From assembly GCA_963840855.1 (NCBI GenBank), contig CAWJBB010000068.1, forward strand, positions 1 to 64,000: a stretch of 64,000 nt of DNA, given 5' to 3'. A model generated the notes under the pieces. That model made no database searches. It saw nothing but the letters and a program-made list of their open reading frames with translations, and was not told the DNA's origin. The translations under genes were made by a program, and so were the position numbers. This document shows positions 19,309 to 31,878 of this stretch, one piece after another; within the stretch, counting starts at the first letter, position 1, and every line of letters begins with the position of its first letter. This DNA is from an uncultured delta proteobacterium (lineage in GTDB: Bacteria > Desulfobacterota > Binatia > UBA9968).

Positions 19309-20784
19309 CTATTTGCGAAGAAAGGGCTGGCGCCGCTGCGAGGAGGGCAGAATGCCCATGGCCTCACGGTACTTGGCCACGGTGCGTCGCGCGATTTCGA
19401 TGGAACTGTCCGACAACACCGCCGCGATATGCTGGTCGCTGTAGGGCTTCTGCGGATCTTCCGCGGTGATAATGCCGCGAATTTTCTCTTTGACGGTCTC
19501 GCTGGCGACATCTTCACCATTGCCGCCCCTGATGCCGCTTTGAAAAAAGAACTTGAGCTCGAAGAGCCCCTGCGGAGTGTACACGTATTTATTGGCCGTG
19601 GCCCGGCTGACCGTGGACTCATGCATGTGAATATCCTCGGCGATGTCCCGCAGCACCATCGGCCTTAACTGGCTGACCCCATGATCGAGAAATTCCCGTT
19701 GGAACTTGAAGATACTCTGGGTGACGCGGAAGAGGGTTTGCTGGCGTTGTTGAATGCTCTTGATGAGCCAGGTCGCGGCACGGACTTTTTCTTGGAGATA
19801 CTGCCGGGCCTGTACCTCAGCCTCACCTTCTTGCCCCACCATGCGCCGGTAGAGCGAGCTGACCCGCAGGCGCGGCACGCCTTCGTCATTTAGATAAATT
19901 ACATAATCATCGCCGACTTTTTCGACGAAAACATCGGGTAAGACGGTACGAACTTCGTCCTGTTCGAATCCTCGCGAGGGCTTAGGCTCGAGGGATGCAA
20001 TAACATGGGCCGCGTCGGCGATCTCGTCGATACCCACGCCCAACTCGCGCGCCAGTTTTTCGTAGCGCTTGGATTCCAGGTGGCCCAAAAAATCGCTGGC
20101 GATCCGGGCCGCCATGCTATCAGCTAATCCCAAGCTTTCCAGTTGCGCCAGTAGACATTCGCGCAAATCCCGGGCAGCGACGCCGACGGGATCGAAAAAA
20201 AGAATTCTCTTATGTACGGCTTCGGCGTCTTCCAAGGTGGCCTCGGTGGCGCTGCAAACGTCTTCCAAAGACAACGCCAGATAGCCGTTCTCGTTGAGGT
20301 TGCCGATAATATAGAGGCCGACGTTTTCTTCTTTTTCGGTGGCTTTGGACAACCGCAGTTGCCAGATCAAATGATCTTCCAGCGAAGTCTTTTTGGTCAG
20401 GCTATTTTCCCAAGACGGCGGCCCGTCGCCGTCGTCCGAATTGGCTTCAGCCGTTAACGAGCCGTGAATTGAGTTTGAGTGGCTATCGAGATATTCCTGC
20501 CAGTCGAGCGTGCCGATCTTGTCCACCCCGGACGGCTCCCGGTTCAAAACCGGCTCCTCAATCTGCTCCGAACCACCCGGCTGGGATTCCTGGGACCCCT
20601 GCTCCGCCGTTTCAATTTCGCTCACCGGAACTTCTTCCAGCGCGGGGTTCTCCTCCAATTCCGTCGTAACCATTTCTTGCAATTCGATTCGCGAAAGCTG
20701 CAACAACTTGATCGCCTGCTGCAATTGCGGCGTCATCACTAACTGTTGGGCAAGTTTCTGAACCTGACGAATTTCGAGAGCCAT
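19309..20784 (-). CDS. rpoN: RNA polymerase sigma-54 factor
   Basis: MTPQLQQAIKLLQL, HESTVSRA, ARRTVAKYRE. Confidence 0.98.
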   Translation of the reverse strand: MALEIRQVQKLAQQLVMTPQLQQAIKLLQLSRIELQEMVTTELEENPALEEVPVSEIETAEQGSQESQPGGSEQIEEPVLNREPSGVDKIGTLDWQEYLDSHSNSIHGSLTAEANSDDGDGPPSWENSLTKKTSLEDHLIWQLRLSKATEKEENVGLYIIGNLNENGYLALSLEDVCSATEATLEDAEAVHKRILFFDPVGVAARDLRECLLAQLESLGLADSMAARIASDFLGHLESKRYEKLARELGVGIDEIADAAHVIASLEPKPSRGFEQDEVRTVLPDVFVEKVGDDYVIYLNDEGVPRLRVSSLYRRMVGQEGEAEVQARQYLQEKVRAATWLIKSIQQRQQTLFRVTQSIFKFQREFLDHGVSQLRPMVLRDIAEDIHMHESTVSRATANKYVYTPQGLFELKFFFQSGIRGGNGEDVASETVKEKIRGIITAEDPQKPYSDQHIAAVLSDSSIEIARRTVAKYREAMGILPSSQRRQPFLRK

Positions 20785-20786
20785 AG

Positions 20787-21509
20787 TTAAAACTTAAAAC
20801 TTTCTCCCAAGTAAAATTTTCTCGCTTCGGGACTCGCGGCGATTTTTTCCGGGGTGCCCTCCTCGAGGATCGCGCCCTCGTTGACGATGTAGGCGCGATC
20901 ACAAATTCCCAGGGTCTCGCGCACGTTGTGATCGGTTATCAGGATACCGATACCGCTGGAAATCAACCGGCGCACGATCTTTTGGATCTCAGCGACGGCG
21001 ATCGGATCGATACCGGTAAAGGGCTCGTCGAGCAAAACGAAAAACGGCGACAACACCAAGGCCCGGGCGATCTCCACGCGCCGCCGTTCTCCGCCGGAAA
21101 GCGTGTGGGCCTTATGCGTGGCAAGGTGCCCCACGCCGAGCATTTTCATGAGCGTGCCGGCCCGCTCACGCCGTTCCTCCATGGTCAAATCTAGTGTTTG
21201 CAGGATCGCGTAAAGATTGTCCTGCACGGTCAGCCGCCGGAATACGGAGGATTCCTGCGGCAAATAACTGATGCCCGAGCGAGCCCGCTGATAAATCGGC
21301 ATGTCCGTTAAATCTTCGTTATTGAGCAACACTCTTCCCTCGTCCGGCTGCACCAAACCCACCATCATGTGAAACGTGGTAGTCTTACCGGCGCCGTTGG
21401 GACCCAACAAGCCTACGACTTCGCCGCCCCGGACTTCTAAATTGATGCCGTCCACGACGCGACGGCGGCTGTATGATTTCGCGACTCCCACCGCCTGAAG
21501 AATGCTCAT
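20787..21509 (-). CDS. lptB: LPS export ABC ATPase
   Basis: [40 protein letters not shown]. Confidence 0.97.
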   Translation of the reverse strand: MSILQAVGVAKSYSRRRVVDGINLEVRGGEVVGLLGPNGAGKTTTFHMMVGLVQPDEGRVLLNNEDLTDMPIYQRARSGISYLPQESSVFRRLTVQDNLYAILQTLDLTMEERRERAGTLMKMLGVGHLATHKAHTLSGGERRRVEIARALVLSPFFVLLDEPFTGIDPIAVAEIQKIVRRLISSGIGILITDHNVRETLGICDRAYIVNEGAILEEGTPEKIAASPEARKFYLGESFKF

Positions 21510-22084
21510 TTTTGCTGGCTCGCGGGGGAATCTCCTTTTTCCTGTTTTTGCAGCTCCTCTGGAAAAATCGTCGCTTGGACTCTGATCTTCCCATCGCCTT
21601 CGGCGACAGCACGGTCCTGTTCCATGAAATAGATCACGCGCGTACCGCTCACCTGGCTGTTGCCCTGGCGCATGACTGGATTGCCGGTTAACGTCACGGT
21701 TTTCGCCTTTTCGTCGAACACGGCTTTCTCACCGGTGGCCACGCGGTCGCCCTGCGTCGTATTGACCTTGCCTTCCGCGACGATCTGACTCATGCGCTTC
21801 ATCTCGGGGTCGTAGTGGGCGATCAGCGTCTCGCTCCGCATCGTCATCTCGGCCTGCACCATTACCACCCGCCCTTTGTAGGTAATGGTATTTTTCACTT
21901 GATCGACCTCCATCCAATCCGACGTGATGTAGATGGGATCCTTCTTGTTTAGTTCGAAACCGCCGCCGCTGGATTTTTTCTTTGTTTCCTCTTTCGCCGG
22001 GTCCGCCGCATGGGCCGATAGTGTTGCGATGATCAGCGCCACGAGGCCGATGAAAAATCGTATTGTCAACCAAGTACGCTCCAT
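21506..22084 (-). CDS. lptA: LPS transport periplasmic protein
   Basis: Signal peptide, OstA-type beta-jellyroll, LTGNP; synteny. Confidence 0.9.
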   Translation of the reverse strand: MERTWLTIRFFIGLVALIIATLSAHAADPAKEETKKKSSGGGFELNKKDPIYITSDWMEVDQVKNTITYKGRVVMVQAEMTMRSETLIAHYDPEMKRMSQIVAEGKVNTTQGDRVATGEKAVFDEKAKTVTLTGNPVMRQGNSQVSGTRVIYFMEQDRAVAEGDGKIRVQATIFPEELQKQEKGDSPASQQK

Positions 22085-22711
22085 TTACCCCCCACTCACC
22101 GCCATTGCCTTGGGATTTTTCTTCTTTTTTTCCATTTTGTCGGGCTCGATCTTAGTTTTGACATTGTTAAGCAAGCGTATGATCTTGCTGTCCAGTTCGA
22201 CCTCCATGGTCGATCCCTCCAATTCAAAACCCCCTCCGACAAGAGTCGTTCGCTTCGGCAATATAATTCGCTGCTGCCCCGGCAGATATATAGCTTCAGC
22301 GGATTTCAGGACGTAGTTTTGATAATTCACCTGGATGCCGCCTTCAATCTGCAGCTTTTCCAGATCCTTCTCGCCCAGGAACATCTTGGCGACTTCGCCC
22401 GAGGTTTCCGCAACCTCGCCGTCGCGGTCGTAGTAGAGGAATCGTGGCTTCTTAATTACCGCTTCTTTCTGGTCTTTGTAGTAATCGGCCTCCTCACCCA
22501 TAACCTCCCAGACTTTGCGGCCATTTTCCACCTTAGCGCGCCGAAAATCTTTGACGTGGAGAGCCGATTCCGGCAGATAATCCAGCGCCTTAATGGGATT
22601 TTTCTTGATTTCTCGCTGCGCCTCGGAGACTGTTTCAAAGACCTTGTAACCTACCCCTCCCAGGGAGAGAAATACGGCCAGCAGCAGAATTAGCCTTCTG
22701 GTTTTGCGCAT
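22085..22711 (-). CDS. lptC: LPS export protein LptC
   Basis: N-terminal TM anchor plus beta-rich domain; synteny. Confidence 0.85.
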   Translation of the reverse strand: MRKTRRLILLLAVFLSLGGVGYKVFETVSEAQREIKKNPIKALDYLPESALHVKDFRRAKVENGRKVWEVMGEEADYYKDQKEAVIKKPRFLYYDRDGEVAETSGEVAKMFLGEKDLEKLQIEGGIQVNYQNYVLKSAEAIYLPGQQRIILPKRTTLVGGGFELEGSTMEVELDSKIIRLLNNVKTKIEPDKMEKKKKNPKAMAVSGG

Positions 22712-22735
22712 GCCAAATCTCGTCGACGACGTGAA

Positions 22736-22764
22736 AGCGTAACACGCTTAGAAAACGCTGTAAA
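22736..22764 (-). promoter_or_regulatory. sigma-70 promoter candidate for lptC-lptA-lptB-rpoN
   Basis: TTTACA-N17-TACGCT with extended -10 TG. Confidence 0.6.
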
Positions 22765-22769
22765 GCAAA

Positions 22770-22785
22770 AGGCACGGAACTTGCT
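22770..22785 (+). promoter_or_regulatory. sigma-54 -24/-12 site in reverse orientation to the operon
   Basis: AGGCACGGAACTTGCT (GGCAC-N5-TTGC). Confidence 0.65.
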
Positions 22786-22832
22786 TTAACCCTCCTCAGA
22801 CGGTGGATTTCATAACTACCCTTTACATAAAT

Positions 22833-23372
22833 CTACCGGGGTAATGATTCCTTGGTTAAATTTTTCCACCCCCCGGTGGCCCGTAGCAGCAGTTCAACGA
22901 CTTCTCGGACGGCGCCGCGACCCCCATCAACCTGAGTCACGTAATCCACGTCCGGTTTGAGTGCCGCCCATGAGTCCCTAACAGTGATCGCGAGGCCAGC
23001 GCGCCGCAGCACCGGGAGATCGCTGATATCATCTCCGACATAAGCAATCTGGCTGTCTTCAAGGCCGGTTTTCCGTTTGATCTCTTCATAGATATCAACC
23101 TTGTCACCCGCGCCTTGATAGACAATCTTCACCCCAAGCTCACGCGCCCGGTACCGCACCACCTTGGAGGAGCGGCCGGTGATAATGCCGACCCGTACTC
23201 CAGCGCGTTGTAGCAGCGTGATACCCTGGCCGTCACGCACGTCAAAGCGTTTGATCTCAACGCCGCGGTTATCAATGTATATGCCGCCGTCGGTGAGTAC
23301 TCCATCGACGTCGAGCAAGAGAAGTTTGATCTTCCTCGCCTTGTCTTGAACGGACAGCGGAACGCGTTTCAC
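22833..23372 (-). CDS. kdsC: KDO 8-phosphate phosphatase
   Basis: DVDGVLTDG, RDGQG, GDDISD, GGRGAVRE. Confidence 0.95.
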   Translation of the reverse strand: MKRVPLSVQDKARKIKLLLLDVDGVLTDGGIYIDNRGVEIKRFDVRDGQGITLLQRAGVRVGIITGRSSKVVRYRARELGVKIVYQGAGDKVDIYEEIKRKTGLEDSQIAYVGDDISDLPVLRRAGLAITVRDSWAALKPDVDYVTQVDGGRGAVREVVELLLRATGGWKNLTKESLPR

Positions 23373-23377
23373 CGTGC

Positions 23378-24352
23378 TTAGACCACACCAGCCTTGATAA
23401 TGTCGTGGAGGTGAATGACGCCGATGGGTTTTTTGCTTTGCTGGTCCAGAATAAAGAGCGAGGTGATCGGGAACTGTTCCATCACCGCCACCGCTTCGGC
23501 GGCAAGCATCTCTGCGGCGATGGCCTTCGGACCGCGCGTCATTAGCTCTGCCGCTTTCAGGCCGAAGATGTCGCCTTTTTTTTCCAGGCCCCGTCTGAGA
23601 TCGCCGTCGGTGATAACGCCCACGAGGCAGCCTTCGCCGTCCACCACACCGGTGACGCCCAGGCGCTTGGAAGTGATCTCAAACAGCGCCTCTTTCATCG
23701 GCGTTTCTTCTCGCACCAAAGGAATCTCATCGCCCATTTTCATCAAATCTTTTACTTTGAGTATTAGCTTACGGCCCAGAATGCCGCCGGGGTGACGCAG
23801 GGCAAAATCCTGCTCCCTGAATTCTTTTTTTTCCAGCAGCACCACCGCAAGAGCGTCGCCCATCGCCAAGGCCGCCGTGGTGCTCGCCGTCGGCGCCAAT
23901 CCCAGGGGGCAAGCTTCCTCCCTGACGCCGACGTCCAGAACAACGTCACCCGCTTTGGCCAAGGTGGAACCGAGCTTTCCGGTCATCACAATCAGCTTCA
24001 AACCGTTGAACTTGATATGGGGCAAGAGTTTTAGAATCTCCTCCGTCTCGCCGCTATTGGAGACCGCGACAATCACGTCACCCCTCATGACCATGCCGAG
24101 ATCCCCGTGAATCCCCTCGCCGGCATGTAAGAAGAACGACGGAGTGCCGGTGCTCGCCAGCGTTGCGGCGATCTTGCGAGAGATGATCCCGGACTTCCCC
24201 ATGCCGGTGATGACAACTTTACCCCGGCAGTCGTAGAGCAACTCGACGGCGCGAAGAAAACTGTCATCGAGGCGCGCGCCGAGCGCGTCGATGCCCCTGG
24301 CCTCGATCTTCAGCACCTCTTTGGCACGTCGGAGTATGTCTAGCTTACTCAC
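23378..24352 (-). CDS. kdsD: arabinose-5-phosphate isomerase (SIS + CBS)
   Basis: GMGKSG, HGDLG, APTASTT, HPGG. Confidence 0.95.
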   Translation of the reverse strand: MSKLDILRRAKEVLKIEARGIDALGARLDDSFLRAVELLYDCRGKVVITGMGKSGIISRKIAATLASTGTPSFFLHAGEGIHGDLGMVMRGDVIVAVSNSGETEEILKLLPHIKFNGLKLIVMTGKLGSTLAKAGDVVLDVGVREEACPLGLAPTASTTAALAMGDALAVVLLEKKEFREQDFALRHPGGILGRKLILKVKDLMKMGDEIPLVREETPMKEALFEITSKRLGVTGVVDGEGCLVGVITDGDLRRGLEKKGDIFGLKAAELMTRGPKAIAAEMLAAEAVAVMEQFPITSLFILDQQSKKPIGVIHLHDIIKAGVV

Positions 24353-25185
24353 GAGGCGGTTTGCTCTTTTGCAATGCCATCGATTTCTTTTACGACGCGG
24401 AGCAGAGCTTCAAACTCCGCTAGCGGCAGGGAGTTCGGCCCATCGCTCAACGCGCGGTCCGGGTCTTCGTGGACTTCCATGAACAGCGCATCGACCCCGA
24501 CGGCAACTCCCGCCCGCGCCAGATGCGCAATGAACTTGCGCTCACCCCCGGAGGCGTGGCCCAACCCCCCCGGTAGTTGCAAACTATGGGTTGCGTCAAA
24601 CACCACCGGATAACCCAGCTCGCGCATGACAACCAATGAACGCATATCGGAGACCAGGTTATTGTATCCGAATGACACGCCGCGCTCGGTCAGCAGAATC
24701 TGGTCGTTGCCAGTGGAAAGAATTTTTTGCGCGATATTCGCCATGTCCCAGGGCGCGAGAAACTGTCCCTTCTTGACGTTAACCACTTTACCGGATTCTG
24801 CCACCGCGATGACAAAGTCGGTTTGCCGGCATAAAAACGCCGGGATTTGCAGAATATCGATAACCTCTTTGGCCGGCCCGACTTGTTCCTTTTCGTGAAC
24901 ATCGCTTAAGATCGCTACGCCGACGTTGTCTTTGACCTCGGCGAGGATTTCCAACCCTTTTGCCAAGCCAGGGCCGCGATAAGATGCCACCGAGGAGCGG
25001 TTGGCCTTATCGTAGGACGATTTGAAAATAAACGGCACACCCACCCGGTCGGCCGCTTCTTTGAGGCGCGCCGCATGCTCCAGCGCCGAGTCTCGGCTCT
25101 CGATCACACAGGGGCCGGCGATGACGGCGAGGGGCCGTCCAGCGCCGACTTCGACATCGCCGATCTTGATCAATTTAGAACGCAT
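24349..25185 (-). CDS. kdsA: KDO 8-phosphate synthase
   Basis: AGPCVIES, DKANRSS, PAFLCRQTD, KKGQF, SDG. Confidence 0.97.
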   Translation of the reverse strand: MRSKLIKIGDVEVGAGRPLAVIAGPCVIESRDSALEHAARLKEAADRVGVPFIFKSSYDKANRSSVASYRGPGLAKGLEILAEVKDNVGVAILSDVHEKEQVGPAKEVIDILQIPAFLCRQTDFVIAVAESGKVVNVKKGQFLAPWDMANIAQKILSTGNDQILLTERGVSFGYNNLVSDMRSLVVMRELGYPVVFDATHSLQLPGGLGHASGGERKFIAHLARAGVAVGVDALFMEVHEDPDRALSDGPNSLPLAEFEALLRVVKEIDGIAKEQTAS

Positions 25186-25207
25186 TGGGGAGCAAATCGA
25201 TTACGTA

Positions 25208-27617
<2,410 letters not shown>

Positions 27618-27732
27618 GGATTCACTGCGTCACGGCTGCGCGGGCAACGAGATGAGAGCGCAAATTCGCGTTCTCGTCTGCAAAAACAAAAAAACCGCAA
27701 TGGCTCTGCGGGAAAGCGCATCACGGAATTTG

Positions 27733-27761
27733 ATAATACGCTCGCGCTGAAACGGTGTCAA
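27733..27761 (-). promoter_or_regulatory. sigma-70 promoter candidate for the kdsB-pyrG operon
   Basis: TTGACA-N17-TATTAT. Confidence 0.7.
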
Positions 27762-27859
27762 CGAAGCTTTGCCGCCGAATTTTCGCTCTGGTGCCGGCTT
27801 GACTTTCCGCCTCAGCTCTATGATAGGAATGAAGCTGTTTTGCTTGGAGGAATTGGCGC

Positions 27860-28786
27860 ATGGCAGAGCTGACTAAAATCGACGCGGGCTTCGCCACCAT
27901 CGGGCAAGGGGCCGGACCGATGATGGTGACCTGGAAAGCCGGTTTATTTCACAAGCATGGTCTCGACATCGAACGCCCGCGTATCATGGGCAGCGCCAAG
28001 GGCATCGTGCGCGGTCTCATGTCCGGGGAAATTCAGTTCGGCAACATGGCGGCGCCGGCGCCATTGCGCGCCAACCTGAAGGGCGAAGCAGACGTCATTT
28101 TTCTCACCGGCGGCATCAACCAGCAATTCATTCTGGGCCGGCCCGGCATTAACGACCGGACGGAATTGGCCGGGAAGAAAATCGGCTTTGTCGGCGACGG
28201 GGGGATCAACGATGCTTTGGTAAAGTTCGTCATCGACAAGCTGGAGGCGGCGGGCGTCAAAGGACTCAAGCTGGAGCCCATGGCCGCCGGCGGCGAAAGA
28301 GAACTCGAATCTCTCTTGAGCGGCCATGTGGACGCCGTCGTCGGGACGCCGCCGGAATGCATCGATTTTGCGCGCAAAGGCTGCAAGTATCTCATCGATT
28401 TCTCCGAATACGGCTTTAACTACGCCCTTGGCGGTATCGCCGCGCGCCGCGACTACGTGGCGCGAAATCCCGAGATCACGCGAAAATTTGTCAAAGCTTA
28501 CGTCGAAGGCATGCACCGTTACCGCACCGACCGGGAATTTACCATTGGCGTTCAAGCGGAATATAGCGGCATCGCCGACCGGACCGTCGCCGAGGCAACC
28601 TATGATCTCACGCGGCCCGGCATGCCGCGGGTTCCCTATCCGGTAGTCACCGCCCTACAAACGCTCATTGATTTTATGGCTAAGGACCTGCCCGAGGCAA
28701 AGAATGCCGACGCTGCCCGCTTCATCGACGCCCGCTACATGCGCGAACTGGACGAGAGCGGCTTTGTCGATTCACTCGGTGCTTGA
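27860..28786 (+). CDS. NMT1/SsuA/TauA-type binding-protein fold, no signal peptide
   Basis: AGLFHKHGLD, LAGKKIG, FVKAYVEG, RELDESGF; GGAGG RBS. Confidence 0.85.
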   Translation: MAELTKIDAGFATIGQGAGPMMVTWKAGLFHKHGLDIERPRIMGSAKGIVRGLMSGEIQFGNMAAPAPLRANLKGEADVIFLTGGINQQFILGRPGINDRTELAGKKIGFVGDGGINDALVKFVIDKLEAAGVKGLKLEPMAAGGERELESLLSGHVDAVVGTPPECIDFARKGCKYLIDFSEYGFNYALGGIAARRDYVARNPEITRKFVKAYVEGMHRYRTDREFTIGVQAEYSGIADRTVAEATYDLTRPGMPRVPYPVVTALQTLIDFMAKDLPEAKNADAARFIDARYMRELDESGFVDSLGA

Positions 28787-28812
28787 ATCGTGCCGAAGAG
28801 GACCCAACGGCG

Positions 28813-29100
28813 ATGAAAACTTCAATCCTGCGTCAAATTTGCCATGGCCGCATTGCTTTACCATGGCCCTTTCGCCGGCTCTCGTGTCGGCTGTGTTTTC
28901 CGCAACGGCTGGCAACGAAGCTCTCATCGAAGCCGCCAGGCGCGAGGGCGAATTGGTCTACTATGCGTCGATGAATTTGGGCGAGGCCAATGGAGCAAGC
29001 CGACCTGGTCAAAGAAGTTAAAATCGCGCCGGTCAATCCGGCGCTCGCCGAAAAGCTCGGTGAATACGCGAAGCAGTTAAGGTCGATCTTCGGCGGTTGA
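28813..29100 (+). pseudogene. SBP gene with large internal deletion
   Basis: N-terminal LIEAARREGELVYYASMN joined near 28990 to C-terminal VKIAPVNPALAEKLGEYAKQLRSIFGG*. Confidence 0.75.
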
Positions 29101-29165
29101 ACATCGAATTTCGTGCGGTCTCGAAAACAGCAACTCGAAACTAGTCATGTCAAAGGAGCAACACT

Positions 29166-29939
29166 GTGAAGATCATGTTTTTGAATCATTCTTTCCAGCG
29201 CCATTCGGCCGAATTGGAAGTCCATATCAGGAAGCTGCTCAAGAGCTACGCTTCGCCCGGTACTGAGTTTGAGCTTGCCTATCCTGAAGACCTCGGCGGC
29301 GGCGAGGTGCTGAGCTTACTGGAAGAACGCAAAGCACTATCGGGCCTGCATCACATTCTCGAAACCCCGGCCCTGGTCAAAAAAGCCATCGAGGCCGAAC
29401 AAAAGGGCTTCGACGCAGTGATCCAGAGCAATACCTTCGATCCCGGCGTCGAAGCCAGCCGGTTGGCCGTGCGCATCCCGGTTATTGGCATGCTGCGCGC
29501 GTCGCTCCATTTCGCCGCCAGTATTTGCGAGCGCTTTGGACTCATCGTGCCGCTGGAAACCCACATGCCGTACACCCAGCGACTGGTGCAGACTTACGGC
29601 ATGACGCCGTTCGTATGCGGTATCCGGACCGTCGGCCTTTACGACACCGGTGATTTATCCGGCTATCATGATGTCATCATCGAGCGCACCCTGGCAATCG
29701 GCAAAGAACTAGTCGAGCAAGGCGCCCAGGCACTGATTCCCCTGGGCGGAAAGATTTATCCATACGTGGTCACGCCCGAAGAGTTGGAGCCCCATCTCGG
29801 CGTGCCGGTGATCAATACCAAAGCGGTGGGCGTGAGCTACGCCGAGCTGATGGCGCGGTCAAAAATCAGCCACAGCATTAAAGCGTATCCATGTCCAACC
29901 GGTTTGAGTCCGGAGGCCGTGTCGCAACGCGCCAAGTGA
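29166..29939 (+). CDS. Asp/Glu/hydantoin racemase-fold protein lacking both catalytic Cys
   Basis: GFDAVIQSNTFDPGVEASR, LIPLGG, GVPVINTKA; AAGGAG RBS. Confidence 0.87.
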   Translation: MKIMFLNHSFQRHSAELEVHIRKLLKSYASPGTEFELAYPEDLGGGEVLSLLEERKALSGLHHILETPALVKKAIEAEQKGFDAVIQSNTFDPGVEASRLAVRIPVIGMLRASLHFAASICERFGLIVPLETHMPYTQRLVQTYGMTPFVCGIRTVGLYDTGDLSGYHDVIIERTLAIGKELVEQGAQALIPLGGKIYPYVVTPEELEPHLGVPVINTKAVGVSYAELMARSKISHSIKAYPCPTGLSPEAVSQRAK

Positions 29940-29952
29940 CAGGCCAAAAGCC

Positions 29953-30035
29953 TGTCATCCCGAGCGAATGCGAGGGATCTAGGCAAGATTTCTCTCGGAG
30001 TTTATCCTGAGTCCCTCGAAGGGTTCCAAATGACA
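29953..30035. repeat. REP-like palindromic element (TGTCAT...ATGACA)
   Basis: TGTCATCCCGAGCGAATGCGAGGGATCT ... AGATTTCTC ... AAATGACA. Confidence 0.7.
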
Positions 30036-30089
30036 ATGCTTTTCCTTTGCGATCTTTGTGGTTAAAGAAATTTAATCGAGGTTCACGCC

Positions 30090-31184
30090 ATGATCATCGA
30101 TGCCGACGGGCACTGGTTTGAAACCGAAGAAGTATTTAGCAAATACATGGAGCCGCATCTCCGCAACTATCGTCCAAGGCTGCTGAGCGACGAGCAGGGA
30201 TTTAATTTCTGGGTGGTTGACGGCCAGACAGCCTACAAGCGGCCATCGATCAAAGGCGCTGGCGCGCCCGGCACCGCAGCCCCTCCGGGGAAAGCGATTC
30301 AGTCCGCGCGCCGCGCAACGCCGGGCAGCCAAACGCTAACGAGTTTAAAAGAGCGGCTCAACGATCTCGATAACGAGGCCATCGACATGCAGTTTCTCTA
30401 TCCGAGCTTTCTTCTCCATGTGAATGCATGGCCCGATGGCATTCTCGCCAACGGCGTATGCCGCGCTTATAACACCTGGCTCGCGGAAGTTTGCAACCAG
30501 GCGCCCGACCGGCTCAAAGGCGTGGGTGTTGTTTCGTTACAGGACTCCAAGGGCGCGGCCAAAGAACTTGCCCGCATAGTCGAACTTGGCATGACCGGCG
30601 TGATGATCAACGGCACCGCCGGGGCCAAACGACTGGATCATCCCGACCATGAACCATTTTTTGCCGAAGCAGACAGATTGAAGATGCCGATTGCCGTTCA
30701 TTTCAGTCTTCAGTTTCCCGTGGTCGATAGCCTGTTCGAGCATCATTTTCCCAACCGCGTGCTCGCGGGCATCTTACCGATCATGGCCGGGCTCACCAGC
30801 GTTCTGTGCTCGGGATTGCTGGACCGTTACAAGAATCTCAAGTTCGCCTTTCTCGAAGGCGGCATCAGTTGGGTCCCCGCCCATGTGGAAAGAATGGACG
30901 ACCATTTCGAGAATCCGCGCTACGGCGCCAAGGATTTGATCAGCCATCCCCCTAGCGATTATTTGAAGTCGGGGCGGATCTTCTTTGGCTGCGAAGGCAA
31001 CGAGCCTTTCCTTGGCCGCGTCGTCGAGGAATTGGGCGAAGACTCGTTCATGTATTCTTCCGATTATCCCCACGCCGACCGGACCGAAGGGACAGCCAAA
31101 TTACTCAGGGACCGGACCGATATCCCGCCTCAATCCCGGAAAAAGCTCCTAGAGGACAATGCCCGGCGCTTTTATGCTCTTTGA
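30090..31184 (+). CDS. amidohydrolase_2 family protein (ACMSD/LigW-like)
   Basis: IIDADGH, CRAYNTWL, FLEGGISW, YSSDYPH. Confidence 0.9.
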   Translation: MIIDADGHWFETEEVFSKYMEPHLRNYRPRLLSDEQGFNFWVVDGQTAYKRPSIKGAGAPGTAAPPGKAIQSARRATPGSQTLTSLKERLNDLDNEAIDMQFLYPSFLLHVNAWPDGILANGVCRAYNTWLAEVCNQAPDRLKGVGVVSLQDSKGAAKELARIVELGMTGVMINGTAGAKRLDHPDHEPFFAEADRLKMPIAVHFSLQFPVVDSLFEHHFPNRVLAGILPIMAGLTSVLCSGLLDRYKNLKFAFLEGGISWVPAHVERMDDHFENPRYGAKDLISHPPSDYLKSGRIFFGCEGNEPFLGRVVEELGEDSFMYSSDYPHADRTEGTAKLLRDRTDIPPQSRKKLLEDNARRFYAL

Positions 31185-31339
31185 AACAGTCCGGGCAAAA
31201 GTTCTGCAAGAATTAAAACTCTCGTAAAATTCAATACTTGCATTTCTCCCCGGGTGGGGTCAGCGTGATCAGACAGGCTTTATTTCGATTTGAAGGATTT
31301 TCACTATCTCTCGTCTAAGGCAAGAAAGGAGGTGATACT

Positions 31340-31673
31340 GTGAAAAACACGCTTAAGATGTTCGTTCTCGCTTTGTACCGTGCTTTCGCCGGATTCGGCA
31401 TGGCAGCTGACAGCGCCGAAGGCTGAGAGGCGGCAAGCTGAGAAGGCGAAGACCACTAGTGCCACGGGTGAGGTAAATCGTGATGCCAAGGCGGATGCGA
31501 CGCAAGGTATACGCGGAAAAAAGCGGCCAAAAGCGCACGGAAAAGTGAAGGTAGGTGACATGGTTAAAGTTTCTCACCAAGAAAGGCTAGATGACCGCCA
31601 AGTAAAGCCGCTGTAAAGGCCGAAAAGAAGGATGAGAAAAAGGCTGAGACAGCCATGGAGAAATCCAAGCTAA
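31340..31673 (+). pseudogene. degraded small secreted Lys/Ala-rich protein
   Basis: AAGGAGGT RBS, signal-like start, fragments KTTSATGEV and KVKVGDMVKVS in shifting frames. Confidence 0.45.
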
Positions 31674-31700
31674 GAGCTTGCCACTCGAGTCTGTCGCCAA

Positions 31701-31736
31701 ACAGAGGGGAAACCGATCGCCCGGTTTTCCCTCTGT
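31701..31736 (+). terminator. intrinsic terminator-like hairpin
   Basis: ACAGAGGGGAAACCG / CGGTTTTCCCTCTGT followed by CATTTT. Confidence 0.65.
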
Positions 31737-31878
31737 CATTTTAGACCGAACCGTTCGATCCCAGCTCCCAGACGTGCCAGCACAATGAAAAGCTTGCTTT
31801 CATTTCCTTAGCCCAATTATAATATTCTGTCATGGCATCGGTATGAGCGTTGCTCGGTTCGTGAAAGGAGGAGTGGAG

